DNA of 64,000 nucleotides from Macrostomum lignano (Eukaryota), in assembly GCA_002269645.1 (NCBI GenBank), contig NIVC01003836.1:10536-74535 (forward strand), in the 5' to 3' direction. Both the position numbers and the translations under genes were made by a program. Positions 24,409 to 36,800 of the stretch are shown piece by piece. The stretch's first letter is position 1. Each line of letters opens with the position of its first letter. The notes under the pieces are model-generated. The model was not told the DNA's origin. It saw only the letters and a list, made by a program, of their open reading frames with translations, and did no database searches.

Positions 24409-24656
24409 GGATTGCCATCATAAACTCGAAAAATCACATCGTCGAAAACAAGGCTCCATCACAAGCTCGAAAAGGCACAAGCTCTAACCCTAACCCTAAC
24501 CCCAAGGCACAAACCCTAACCGTAACCCCAACCCTAACCTAACCCTAAACTAACCCTAAAGGCACAAGCTCTGACCCTAACCCTATTCGAGCTTGTGATG
24601 GTGGTTGCTAAATCAGTTTTCGACGATGTGATTTTTCGAGCTTATGATGGCCCCCC
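24409..24656. mobile_element. MITE with 36-bp TIRs and an internal telomere-like (TAACCC)n tract
   Basis: gccatcataaactcgaaaaatcacatcgtcgaaaac (24414-24449) is inverted at 24616-24651 with 1 mismatch. A second inverted pair, ccatcacaagctcgaa, lies inside. Flanking direct repeat caaacaag (8 bp) or ccaaacaagg (10 bp). Confidence 0.85.
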
Positions 24657-25649
24657 CAAACAAGGACAGAGTCGCAATCATGTAAACACTTACAGTTCGA
24701 GTTTGAAACCGATGTTTCTCAAGATCAATTAAACCCCTCCGTCAGGAAATGAAATTGTTGTCTTTTGCGCGTTTATTGCCGTGCTGGCTAAGAGCGCGAA
24801 ACTTTTGGTTTGGGGTGGCGAGCAGATCGAATGAGGCCACAAAAAAAGAGAAGAAATGCTCAGCTGAGCAGAGTGCTGCTGCTGTAGCTCTTGTGTTTAT
24901 AAGCAGTAGGCGAAAATAAGAGAGAAGGTACTGAAAAATTGTGCACACACACTGTCGAAGCTTCTCTGCTCCAAGTGAAAGAGAATTCTGCTTGGTCTTC
25001 CAAAAGAGACTCTCCAAAAGGTGTATCATCGGTAAGAGACAGAGCTCAAATTCTCAGCCAATGAGTATACGGAATGCTTGCTATTTCCATGTTCCTACAC
25101 TGAGTAAGCTGTTATTTTAATACCATGACACGGCAGATGCGCTCTTAAAGTAGCCATGAACTCAAATCTGACAAATTTGTGTAATTATAGTGTTGTACAG
25201 ATTGCCTGCTGTTGTGATAGCACCATCGGCACATTGCAGCTCTGCTTTTGTGGGTGCATTGTGTCCACTATGTATGAAACCTCTATTGGTGGGAACATTA
25301 GAGCAAAAAGTGAATGATGAGCTGCAAAACGTATAATGATATCAACCTTAGACAATCGCTCGACTCAGTAGGTCACAATCCTGGAAAACCACCTGCCACA
25401 GGTCATGTTTCACAGATCACCTATCTATCACGGAAGAGCGATACTGGATAGTTACATGTACAGAATTTTGTTTACAAGGCAATTAATGTTATTTTATGAT
25501 GAAGTCAGTTCCTATTTGATTACACGTTTATTTCGTGCGATAATGACATGACTGAGTGATTAAAATGAAATTTAAAATCAAACCGTCACCCGTCAGTCAA
25601 GGATGTACCGCATCAGTCAGTTTAAAGACCCAATGACCACACCAGCCTC

Positions 25650-27111
25650 CTAATCAGTGCCGCTGGTGTTGCAGCTCACGTGGTACCAGGTGATGGCATC
25701 CATCAGGTTCGGGTCCGTGCCCTTCACGCACTGGCAGTCGGCGCCTCTCACCTTCATGGTGGCTCCCGGCTCGTAGAACACATTGCGACCCTCGGCCTCG
25801 TTCCACACCTCGCAGCCATTGAGGCGGCACACCCACTCGGTCTGGTCGCTGCGCCGGCGGCCAAGGATGTAGGCGAAGCCGCACCTGCACAGGTCGTTGC
25901 CGACCGTCTTCTCGGCGCCGTACGTGTCGCACGGCTCACCGCAGCTGGCCACGGCGAACAGGCTGCGGTTTGCGGGGTGGGGGTTAGTGTCTGGTACAGG
26001 ACTTCCATTGTCCCTGTTGGACAGGTGTCTGATACAGCTGACTATCATTGTCATCTGTTGGACAGGTGTCTGGTACAGCTGACTATCATTGTCACCTGTT
26101 GGACAGGTGTCTGATACAGCTGACTATCATTGTCCCCTGTTGGACAGGTGTCTGATACAGCTGACTATCATTGTCACCTGTTGGACAGGTGTCTGATACA
26201 GCTGACTATCATTGTCACCTGTTGGACAGGTGTCTGATACAGCTGACTATCATTGTCACCTGTTGGACAGGTGTCTGATACAGGACTTCCAGTGTCTCCT
26301 GTTCGACAGGTGTCTGATACAGGACTTCCAGTGTCACCTGTTGGACAGGTGTCTGATACAGCTGACTATCATTGTCACCTGTTGGACAGGTGTCTGGTAC
26401 AGCTGACTTCCAGTGTCACTTGTTGGACAGGTGTCTGGTACAGGACTCCAGTGTCACTTGTTGGACAGGTGTCTGGTACAGGACTTCCAGTGTCACCTGT
26501 TGGACAGATGTCTGGTACAGGACTTCCAGTGTCACCTGTTGGACAGGTGTCTGGTACAGCTGACTTCCAGTGTCACTTGTTGGACAGGTGTCTGGTACAG
26601 GACTTCCAGTGTCACCTGTTGGACAGGTGTCTGGTACAGGACTTCCAGTGTCACCTGTTGGACAGGTGTCTGGTACAGCTGACTTCCAGTGTCACTTGTT
26701 GGACAGGTGTCTGGTACAGGACTCCAGTGTCACCTGTTGGACAGGTGTCTGGTACAGGACTTCCAGTGTCACCTGTTGGACAGGTGTCTGGTACAGCTGA
26801 CTTCCAGTGTCACTTGTTGGACAGGTGTCTGGTACAGGACTCCAGTGTCACCTGTTGGACAGATGTCTGATACAGGACTCCCATTGTCACCTGTTGGACA
26901 GGTGTCTGATAAAGGACTCCCACTGTCACCTGTTGGACAGGTGTCTGATACAGCTGACCTCCATTGTCACCTGTTGGACAGGTGTCTGATACAGGTGTCA
27001 GTCCCAGAAGTCCTAGTCACGTCTCCTACTCATCTAAAATCCAACCAGTTAAACAAAAGAAGCTCACCATGTCACCAGGACAGCCGCAGCTCCGAAGGTC
27101 TTGGCAATCAT
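25650..27111 (-). CDS. Small secreted 8-cysteine protein (118 aa), intact copy; two Fn1/VWC-like 4-Cys modules
   Basis: Exons 27068-27111 and 25650-25962 (TG|C, phase 2) give the signal-peptide-like MIAKTFGAAAVLVTCLFAVASC plus a 96-aa mature part. TATAAAA lies about 100 nt upstream of the ATG. Confidence 0.8.
25990..27000. repeat. 39-41-bp hairpin-containing minisatellite, intron of the left copy
   Basis: Each unit contains CACCTGT-tgg-ACAGGTG; most also contain CAGCTG. Confidence 0.93.
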
Positions 27112-27800
27112 ATCGATGGCTGTGGAGTTTCTGCAGAATATTTCTCTGTAGAAGGCTTTACTTGTCTCGTTGCAGAGCAAAGTTTGTCTCAATGGGCAGC
27201 AGGACCTGCTTATTTTTATAGACTCTGGCACGTTGACAATGCACTGCGTTATTTGGGGAGCAGGTCGGTTCTTTAATTATTTAGTAATTGTTTTCATTGC
27301 ATAATCAGGTACCTCGATTTCTAAATATTCAGAATGTATTCAGAGAACACAATAAATTGCTAGTCATAGCCAACACAGATACATGTAAGAAAACATAATG
27401 GATTGCTAGACTAGCCAAACACAGATAGGAGAGAAGAATGGATTGCTAGACTCTGCACAAGATTACAAAAGAGATTATTAACAAATTCGTTTTTGCTTGT
27501 CCTTCAAAGAACTAAAACTTTATTTAAAGATTATTAAAATTCTTTAAACTGATAGATCTGCCCGATCCAGCACTTGCTGCACACTATTTAGAAATCGAGG
27601 TACCCTGATTATGCAATGAAAACAATTGATAAATAATTAAAGAAGCAACCTGCCCATCCATAACGCAGTGACGTGTCAACGTGCCAGAGTCTATAAAAAT
27701 AAGCAGGCCCTGCTGCCCATTGAGACAAAATTAGCTCTGCAACGAGACAAGTAAAGCCTTCTACAGAGAAATATTCTGCAGAAACTCCACAGCCATCGAT

Positions 27801-29469
27801 ATGATTGCCAAGACCTTCGGAGCTGCGGCTGTCCTGGTGACATGGTGAGCTTCTTTTGTTTAACTGGTTGGATTTTAGATGAGTAGGAGACGTGACTAGG
27901 ACTTCTGGGACTGACACCTGTCCAACAGGTGACAATGGAAGTCCTGTATCAGACACCTGTCCAACAGGTGACAATGAAAGTCAGCTGTATCAGACACCTG
28001 TCCAACAGGTGACAATGATAGTCAGCTGTATCAGACACCTGTCCAACAGATGACAATGATAGTCAGCTGTATCAGACACCTGTCCAACAGGTGACAATGA
28101 AAGTCAGCTGTATCAGACACCTGTCCAACAGGTGACAATGGAAGTCAGCTGTATCAGACACCTGTCCAACAGGTGACAATGATAGTCAGCTGTACCAGAC
28201 ACCTGTCCAACAGATGACAATGATAGTCAGCTGTATCAGACACCTGTCCAACAGGTGACAATGATAGTCAGCTGTATCAGACACCTGTCCAACAGGTGAC
28301 AATGATAGTCAGCTGTACCAGACACCTGTCCAACAGATGACAATGATAGTCAGCTGTATCAGACACCTGTCCAACAGATGACAATGATAGTCAGCTGTAC
28401 CAGACACCTGTCCAACAGATGACAATGATAGTCAGCTGTATCAGACACCTGTCCAACAGGTGACAATGATAGTCAGCTGTATCAGACACCTGTCCAACAG
28501 GTGACAATGAAAGTCAGCTGTATCAGACACCTGTCCAACAGGGGACAATGATAGTCAGCTGTATCAGACACCTGTCCAACAGGTGACAATGATAGTCAGC
28601 TGTATCAGACACCTGTCCAACAGGTGACAATGGAAGTCAGCTGTATCAGACACCTGTCCAACAGGTGACACTGGAAGTCCTGTACCAGACACCTGTCCAA
28701 CAGGTGACAATGATAGTCAGCTGTACCAGACACCTGTCCAACAGGTGACAATGAAAGTCAGCTGTATCAGACACCTGTCCAACAGGTGACAATGAAAGTC
28801 AGCTGTATCAGACACCTGTCCAACAGGTGACACTGGAAGTCCTGTATCAGACACCTGTCGAACAGGAGACACTGGAAGTCCTGTATCAGACACCTGTCCA
28901 ACAGGTGACAATGATAGTCAGCTGTATCAGACACCTGTCCAACAGGTGACAATGAAAGTCAGCTGTATCAGACACCTGTCCAACAGGGGACAATGATAGT
29001 CAGCTGTATCAGACACCTGTCCAACAGGTGACAATGATAGTCAGCTGTACCAGACACCTGTCCAACAGATGACAATGATAGTCAGCTGTATCAGACACCT
29101 GTCCAACAGGGGACAATGGAAGTCCTGTACCAGACACTAACCCCCACCCCGCAAACCCGCAGCCTGTTCGCCGTGGCCAGCTGCGGTGAGCCGTGCGACA
29201 CGTACGGCGCGAGAAGACGGTCGGCAACGACCTGTGCAGGTGCGGCTTCGCCTACATCCTTGGCCGCCGGCGCAGCGACCAGACCGAGTGGGTGTGCGCC
29301 TCAATGGCCTGCGAGGTGTCGAGGCCGAGGGTCGCAATGTGTTCTACGAGCCGGGAGCCACCATGAAGGTGAGAGGCGCCGACTGCCAGTGCGTGAAGGC
29401 ACGGACCCGAACCTGATGGATGCCATCACCTGGTACCACGTGAGCTGCAACACCAGCGGCACTGATTAG
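27801..29469 (+). pseudogene. Second copy of the secreted 8-Cys gene, with small deletions (pseudogene or consensus errors)
   Basis: Exons 27801-27844 and 29163-29469. Relative to the left copy it lacks a C in GCC-GAG, a C in TGC-CGC, GGAA in TGG-AAC and a G in AAG-GGC. Confidence 0.65.
27912..29135. repeat. 39-41-bp minisatellite (gacacctgtccaacaggtgacaatgatagtcagctgtatca), intron of the right copy
   Basis: Reverse complement of the 25990-27000 array. Confidence 0.93.
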
Positions 29470-30269
29470 GAGGCTGGTGTGGTCATTGGGTCTTTAAACT
29501 GACTGATGCGCGTACATCCTTGACTGACGGGTGACGGTTTGACTTTAAATTTCATTTTAATCACTCAGTCATGTTATTTTTTATTGTATATTGTGTAGGC
29601 TATATACTAGCAATCTACTGTTGTTTACTGTCCGTGAATTAGTCACTTCCTATCAGTGCTTAAATATAATGAGTATGATTAATTGATTTGATAATACCAT
29701 AGTAATAAATAGAATAATAATAAACAATACTATCCATTGCCAAGTATATAATTATAATAGTACGTATTTAAAGTAAATTTAAACGAAAGTCAAGGTCAAA
29801 ATGCTTAAATTTTAATCACAGCATCAGTAAAAGCAACGAATCCGTAGTTAGTGTAAACTTGCCTCTATATATTTTATTGCTCAATTTTGTTTAACTGCAG
29901 CAAAAAAAAATAACAAAGAAGCGATAAGGCAGCAGGTTACAAAAGTATAAAATTTGAGACTAGAAGCTTTGATTAGGATTTGATAATTGACTTCTTTAGT
30001 AAAAATCAAGTTTGACAGCACAAGCGGCTAAAAATAACAATATTGAAATTATTGAAAAAAATGGATTATTGCACGTTTAAGATACAGAAATTTCATTTTA
30101 GAGAAATTTTATCAACAAATATTCGTTCATTGCACAGAAAACACTTGGATAGCTGGACCGTTATGGCACATTCAGTGTCGGTTATTTCTTCTTTGCGAAC
30201 CGGTATCGAAGTCTTTTTGACTCTCCTGAATTTAAGTGCATGCCAGACATGTCAGAAAAATAAGATAAC

Positions 30270-30876
30270 ATCGGGATCAGGTGACATCGGGATCAGGTGA
30301 CATCGGGATCAGGTGACATCGGGATCAGGTGACATCGGATCAGGTGACATCGGATCAGGTGACATCGGGATCAGGTGACATCGGGATCAGGTGACATCGG
30401 GATCAGGTGACATCGGGATCAGGTGACATCGGGATCAGGTGACATCGGGATCAGGTGACATCGGGATCAGGTGACATCGGGATCAGGTGACATCGGATCA
30501 GGTGACATCGGGATCAGGTGACATCGGGATCAGGTGACATCGGATCAGGTGACATCGGGATCAGGTGACATCGGGATCAGGTGACATCGGGATCAGGTGA
30601 CATCGGGATCAGGTGACATCGGGATCAGGTGACATCGGATCAGGTGACATCGGGATCAGGTGACATCGGATCAGGTGACATCGGATCAGGTGACATCGGG
30701 ATCAGGTGACATCGGGATCAGGTGACATCGGGATCAGGTGACATCGGGATCAGGTGACATCGGGATCAGGTGACATCGGATCAGGTGACATCGGGATCAG
30801 GTGACATCGGATCAGGTGACATCGGATCAGGTGACATCGGGATCAGGTGACATCGGATCAGGTGACATCGGGATCA
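30270..30876. repeat. 15-16-bp minisatellite (gacatcgggatcaggt)
   Basis: About 38 tandem units. Confidence 0.96.
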
Positions 30877-30889
30877 AATGTTCTCTTGC

Positions 30890-33800
30890 CTCCGCTAGCT
30901 CGACCAGGCGTTGCAGAGCCTCCTCGCTGAGGTCAAAGTCCTCCACTACGGACCAGGTGCCCTTCGGCTGAAATCTGACTGGAAAGCTGAACACCACGCC
31001 CTCCGGGATGCCGTACCAGCCTGGGGTTTTTTGCATGGTTCAAAATCATTGTTGAAGCAAGCGAATAAAACTTAAGAAATAAATCATTAGTACAGGAGGG
31101 AGAACTCAGTCACATTGGTACAGGATCAGTGGGAGAACTCAGTCACATTGTACAGGATCAGTGGGAGAACTCAGTCACATTGGTACAGGAACAGGATCAG
31201 GGGAGAACTCAGTCACATTGGTACAGGATCAGTGGGAGAACTCAGTCACATTGGTACAGGATCAGTGGGAGAACTCAGTCACATTGGTACAGGATCAGTG
31301 GGAGAACTCAGTCACATTGGTACAGGATCAGTGGAGAACTCAGTCACATTGGTACAGGATCAGTGGGAGAACTCAGTCACATTGGTACAGGATAAGTGGG
31401 AGAACTCAGTCACATTGGTACAGAAGCCGGAGCAGTGCTCACCCTTGGATGCGATGCCCAGCGAGGTGACGCCGCCTCCGGCCGCCTGTCCGAGCCACCA
31501 ATCTCGTAGGGTGTCGGCCGTGGCCCGGGCGAGGCTGGCCGCAAAGTGTCCGGCCGCCTTGCCGTCGGTCGCCAGAGACTCTCGGCCTGCCGCTTGGCCA
31601 GCAGCCTGGGCAGATCGGTCTGGACCCATTCCTGGTCCCACAACGGCTCGGACAGTGGCCGCTTGTACCAATCTGGCCCGGTCACGGCGCCAGTCTCCTC
31701 GCCGCCCAGGTTGCGCGGTCCAGCTCCGGCCAGTGGCCGCCGGCCGGGTCACCCCAGATGACCAGGTCGCCCACGCATGCCGGATTCACCTCGTAGCGGC
31801 CCTGGCCGAGCCGGGCGGCTACGGCGCCCTTGGCCCAGCGCTCCATCAGGCGCGGAGTGGCGGCCACCCTGTCCGGGTGTGGGGCCGAGGGGCCACCGCC
31901 GCGGGCCCGGCCAGCGCGGACCATTCGAGAAGGACGCGAGCGCCGAAGTTCACCGGGGCGCGGCCGGAGACGAGGATTCTGGGATGGGGTGGTCGGGGTA
32001 TTTGAGCGATGGGAAACTGATCTCTAGTTAGCTGTTAGTGGGGGCCGTAGCCCAGTGATGAGTTAGCGGCCCAGGCTCGATTCCAAGTGCAGTCACCATT
32101 AATTTGAGGCTAAATTGGAATCTCGGCTTGGCTCTGTTCGTGCAATTAACGCCCTGAGGACCAACCCCCAAGGCACAGTGAAGTGTACATGCCTAACGAT
32201 AAATAAATAGGGCCGCTGTACACTCCTGTGTGAGTGTGTGCCTGCTCAGGGGAGTCGGCGGAATGGGCAGTAATGCTCTCCGGTTGTGTGACAATGTCGC
32301 TTAAAGTGCGCCAGGGTGCACATGGCCCTCTGCCTGTGATAACAAAGGAAGCATGCAGCATCATCAGCAGCAGCACCTCCAGCACCGGCTGCGGGCAGTG
32401 CGACTCGACGCGGATGATGCGGCCTGCCAGCTGGAGCCGCCGACGGCAGTTACTAATCCTACAGATTAAAATTACATGTACCTAATGGATTTCAGGTAAC
32501 GTAGTTTAGCAGTGCTCTCACGAATGCGGCGGGCCCGCCGCAGCCAGCCGCCTGGATGGCGGCCGCGTACTCCGCATACAGACTGGCGTAGCGCCTCAGC
32601 CAATGGAGCGAGCCTCGCCCTGATTGGCTGGCGAGTCACCCGACGCTGCTGACTGCGACGGCTCGAGTTCGTCAGCAACACCAGCAGTTCGGCGCCGGCC
32701 AGCGCGTCTGCGAGACTTCGCGTGCATCTGATGGAGCGGACAAGCGGCTGGGCCAGGTCTCGTGACTTCCATGCCAGACCCTTGGTAATTTGAGGAGTGA
32801 GTGTTGAGTTTTTTAAGTTATTTCGTTCACAAATATTTATTTAGGGGCGTAGCCAGGGAGGGGCAAGGGCTGTACTTCCATCTCCCTAACCGGATGGCAA
32901 AGTCTATGGCGCCCCTGGTGCTAAAGCCTCTGGTGCTGGCGCCCCTGGTGCTAAAGGCCTTCAAATTAAATGGCACTCCCTCCCTTAAAAATTCTGGCTA
33001 AGCCCCCATATCATATTAACAAACTAAACGCATTGCGGTATACAAATAGAAAAACAAAATTAATGTGAGTCCAACAAACAATTACGAGTATTTTTGACTT
33101 GCCTTGATTTGTGAATAAAAAATGGAGGTAGCGCAAAGCCAACTTGCATACCATGTTGATGTAATTGCCTCCCGTGTAACAATCAGTCTCAAAAACTGCA
33201 CAGGTTTTTATTGTTGCCATTTTAGCAGTTTCAAGATACTATTTAAAAAAGGTTCATAATTTTTATACCTGGCTTCTAATTAGTATCTCTTCATTCAATG
33301 GATATTGAGATAGACACTTGGGATGTCTTGACAGAAAACTAATTATACCTTATCTTCATATCTCCTGTCTCACCTATCTTTCCCCTAACTCTCCCCTACC
33401 TCTCCCCTATCTCTCCCCTACCTCTCCCCTACATCTCCCCTACCTCTCCCCTACATCTCCTCTACCTCTCCCCTACCTCTCCCCTAACTCTCCCCTACCT
33501 CTCCCCTACATCTCCCCTACCTCTCCCCTACCTCTCCCCTACATCTCCTCTACCTCTCCCCTACCTCTCCCCTAACTCTCCCCTACCTCTCCCCTACATC
33601 TCCCCTACCTCTCCTCTACCTCTCCCCTACCTCTCCCCTACCTCTCCCCTACCTCTCCTCTACCTCTCCCCTACCTCTCCTCTACCTCTCCCCTACCTCT
33701 CCCCTACCTCTCCCCTACATCTCCTCTACCTCTCCCCTACCTCTCCCCTACCTCTCCCCTACCTCTCCCCTACATCTCCCCTACCTCTCCTCTACCTCTC

Positions 33801-36800
33801 CCCTACCTCTCCCCTACCTCTCCCCTAACTCTCCCCTACCTCTCCCCTACCTCTCCCCTATCTCTCCCCTACCTCTCCCCTACATCTCCCCTACATCTCC
33901 CCTACCTCTCCCCTACATCTCCCCTACATCTCCCCTACATCTCCCCTACCTCTCCCCTACATCTCCCCTACATCTCCCCTACATCTCCTCTACCTCTCCC
34001 CTACCTCTCCCCTACCTCTCCCCTATCTCTCCCCTACCTCTCCCCTATCTCTCCCCTACCTCTCCCCTACATCTCCCCTACCTCTCCCCTACATCTCCTC
34101 TACCTCTCCCCTACCTCTCCCCTACCTCTCCCCTACCTCTCCCCTACATCTCCCCTACCTCTCCTCTACCTCTCCCCTACCTCTCCCCTACCTCTCCCCT
34201 AACTCTCCCCTACCTCTCCCCTACCTCTCCCCTATCTCTCCCCTACCTCTCCCCTACATCTCCCCTACATCTCCCCTACCTCTCCCCTACATCTCCCCTA
34301 CATCTCCCCTACATCTCCTCTACCTCTCCCCTACCTCTCCCCTACCTCTCCCCTACATCTCCCCTACCTCTCCCCTACATCTCCCCTACCTCTCCCCTAC
34401 CTCTCCCCTACCTCTCCCCTACATCTCCTCTACCTCTCCCCTACCTCTCCCCTACCTCTCCCCTAACTCTCCCCTACCTCTCCCCTATCTCTCCCCTACC
34501 TCTCCCCTATCTCTCCCCTACCTCTCCCCTACATCTCCCCTACATCTCCCCTACATCTCCTCTACCTCTCCCCTACCTCTCCCCTACCTCTCCCCTACAT
34601 CTCCCCTACCTCTCCCCTACATCTCCCCTACCTCTCCCCTACCTCTCCCCTACCTCTCCCCTACATCTCCTCTACCTCTCCCCTACCTCTCCCCTACCTC
34701 TCCCCTAACTCTCCCCTACCTCTCCCCTATCTCTCCCCTACCTCTCCCCTATCTCTCCCCTACCTCTCCCTTACATCTCCCCTACCTCTCCCCTACTCTC
34801 CCTACCTCTCCCCTACCTCTCCCCTACCTCTCCCCTACCTCTCCCCTACATCTCCCCTACCTCTCCTCTACCTCTCCCCTACCTCTCCCCTACCTCTCCC
34901 CTAACTCTCCCCTACCTCTCCCCTATCTCTCCCCTACCTCTCCCCTACATCTCCCCTACATCTCCCCTACCTCTCCCCTACATCTCCCCTACATCTCCCC
35001 TACCTCTCCCCTACATCTCCTCTACCTCTCCCCTACCTCTCCCCTACATCTCCCCTACCTCTCCCCTACATCTCCCCTACCTCTCCCCTACCTCTCCCCT
35101 ACCTCTCCCCTAACTCTCCCCTACATCTCCCCTATCTCTCCCCTACCTCTCCCCTACATCTCCCCTACATCTCCCCTACATCTCCTCTACCTCTCCCCTA
35201 CCTCTCCCCTACCTCTCCCCTACCTCTCCCCTACCTCTCCCCTACCTCTCCCCTACATCTCCTCTACCTCTCCCCTACCTCTCCCCTACCTCTCCCCTAC
35301 ATCTCCCCTACCTCTCCCCTACATCTCCTCTACCTCTCCCCTACATCTCCCCTACCTCTCCCCTACATCTCCCCTATCTGTCCCCTACCTCTCCCCTACC
35401 TCTCCCTATCTGTCCCTATCTGTCCCCTATATTTCCCTTATCTCTCCCCTATCTCTCCTCTACCTCTCCCCTACCTCTCCCCTACCTCTCCCCTAACTCT
35501 CCCCTACCTCTCCCCTATCTCTCCCCTACCTCTCCCCTATCTCTCCCCTACCTCTCCCCTACATCTCCCCTACCTCTCCCCTACATCTCCTCTACCTCTC
35601 CCCTACCTCTCCCCTACCTCTCCCCTACCTCTCCCCTACATCTCCCCTACCTCTCCTCTACCTCTCCCCTACCTCTCCCCTACCTCTCCCCTAACTCTCC
35701 CCTACCTCTCCCCTATCTCTCCCCTACCTCTCCCCTACATCTCCCCTACATCTCCCCTACCTCTCCCCTACATCTCCCCTACATCTCCCCTACATCTCCT
35801 CTACCTCTCCCCTACCTCTCCCCTACCTCTCCCCTACATCTCCCCTACCTCTCCCCTACATCTCCCCTACCTCTCCCCTACCTCTCCCCTAACTCTCCCC
35901 TACCTCTCCCCTACATCTCCTCTACCTCTCCCCTACCTCTCCCCTACCTCTCCCCTACCTCTCCCCTACATCTCCCCTACCTCTCCTCTACCTCTCCCCT
36001 ACCTCTCCCCTACCTCTCCCCTAACTCTCCCCTACCTCTCCCCTACCTCTCCCCTATCTCTCCCCTACCTCTCCCCTACATCTCCCCTACATCTCCCCTA
36101 CCTCTCCCCTACATCTCCCCTACATCTCCCCTACATCTCCTCTACCTCTCCCCTACCTCTCCCCTACCTCTCCCCTACATCTCCCCTACCTCTCCCCTAC
36201 ATCTCCCCTACCTCTCCCCTACCTCTCCCCTACCTCTCCCCTAACTCTCCCCTACCTCTCCCCTATCTCTCCCCTACCTCTCCCCTACATCTCCCCTACA
36301 TCTCCCCTACATCTCCTCTACCTCTCCCCTACCTCTCCCCTACCTCTCCCCTACCTCTCCCCTACCTCTCCCCTACCTCTCCCCTACATCTCCTCTACCT
36401 CTCCCCTACCTCTCCCCTACCTCTCCCCTACATCTCCCCTACCTCTCCCCTACATCTCCTCTACCTCTCCCCTACATCTCCCCTACCTCTCCCCTACATC
36501 TCCCCTATCTGTCCCCTACCTCTCCCCTACCTCTCCCTATCTGTCCCTATCTGTCCCCTATATTTCCCTTATCTCTCCCCTATCTCTCCCCTTTTTTTAC
36601 CTTATCTCCCCTATCTTTCCCTTATCTCCTCTATCCTTCCGGTTCCCTACCTCTCCCCTCTTTTCCCTCTCTCTCCTCTATCTACGATCTCTCCTCATCT
36701 CTACTCAATCCAATCCCCTCTCCTCCAACCCTCTCTCGCAGACTGCTCACCTCCATCTCATCCGATCCCCGCCTGTCGTACAGGGTGACGGCCAGCTCGG

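Larger units (their letters stand above)
25546..29574. repeat. Large inverted duplication (arms about 25546-27327 and 27586-29574, spacer about 260 bp)
   Basis: The 3' flank, both exons, the minisatellite intron and the promoter match in reverse complement, with scattered substitutions and different intron lengths. Confidence 0.93.

Noticed and set aside
24485-24585. True telomere or chromosome-fusion site
   Set aside because: The tract is short, degenerate and enclosed in TIRs and a TSD.
25546-29574. Pure sequencing fold-back artefact
   Set aside because: The arms differ by clustered substitutions and intron length and have a unique spacer. Not fully excluded without reads.
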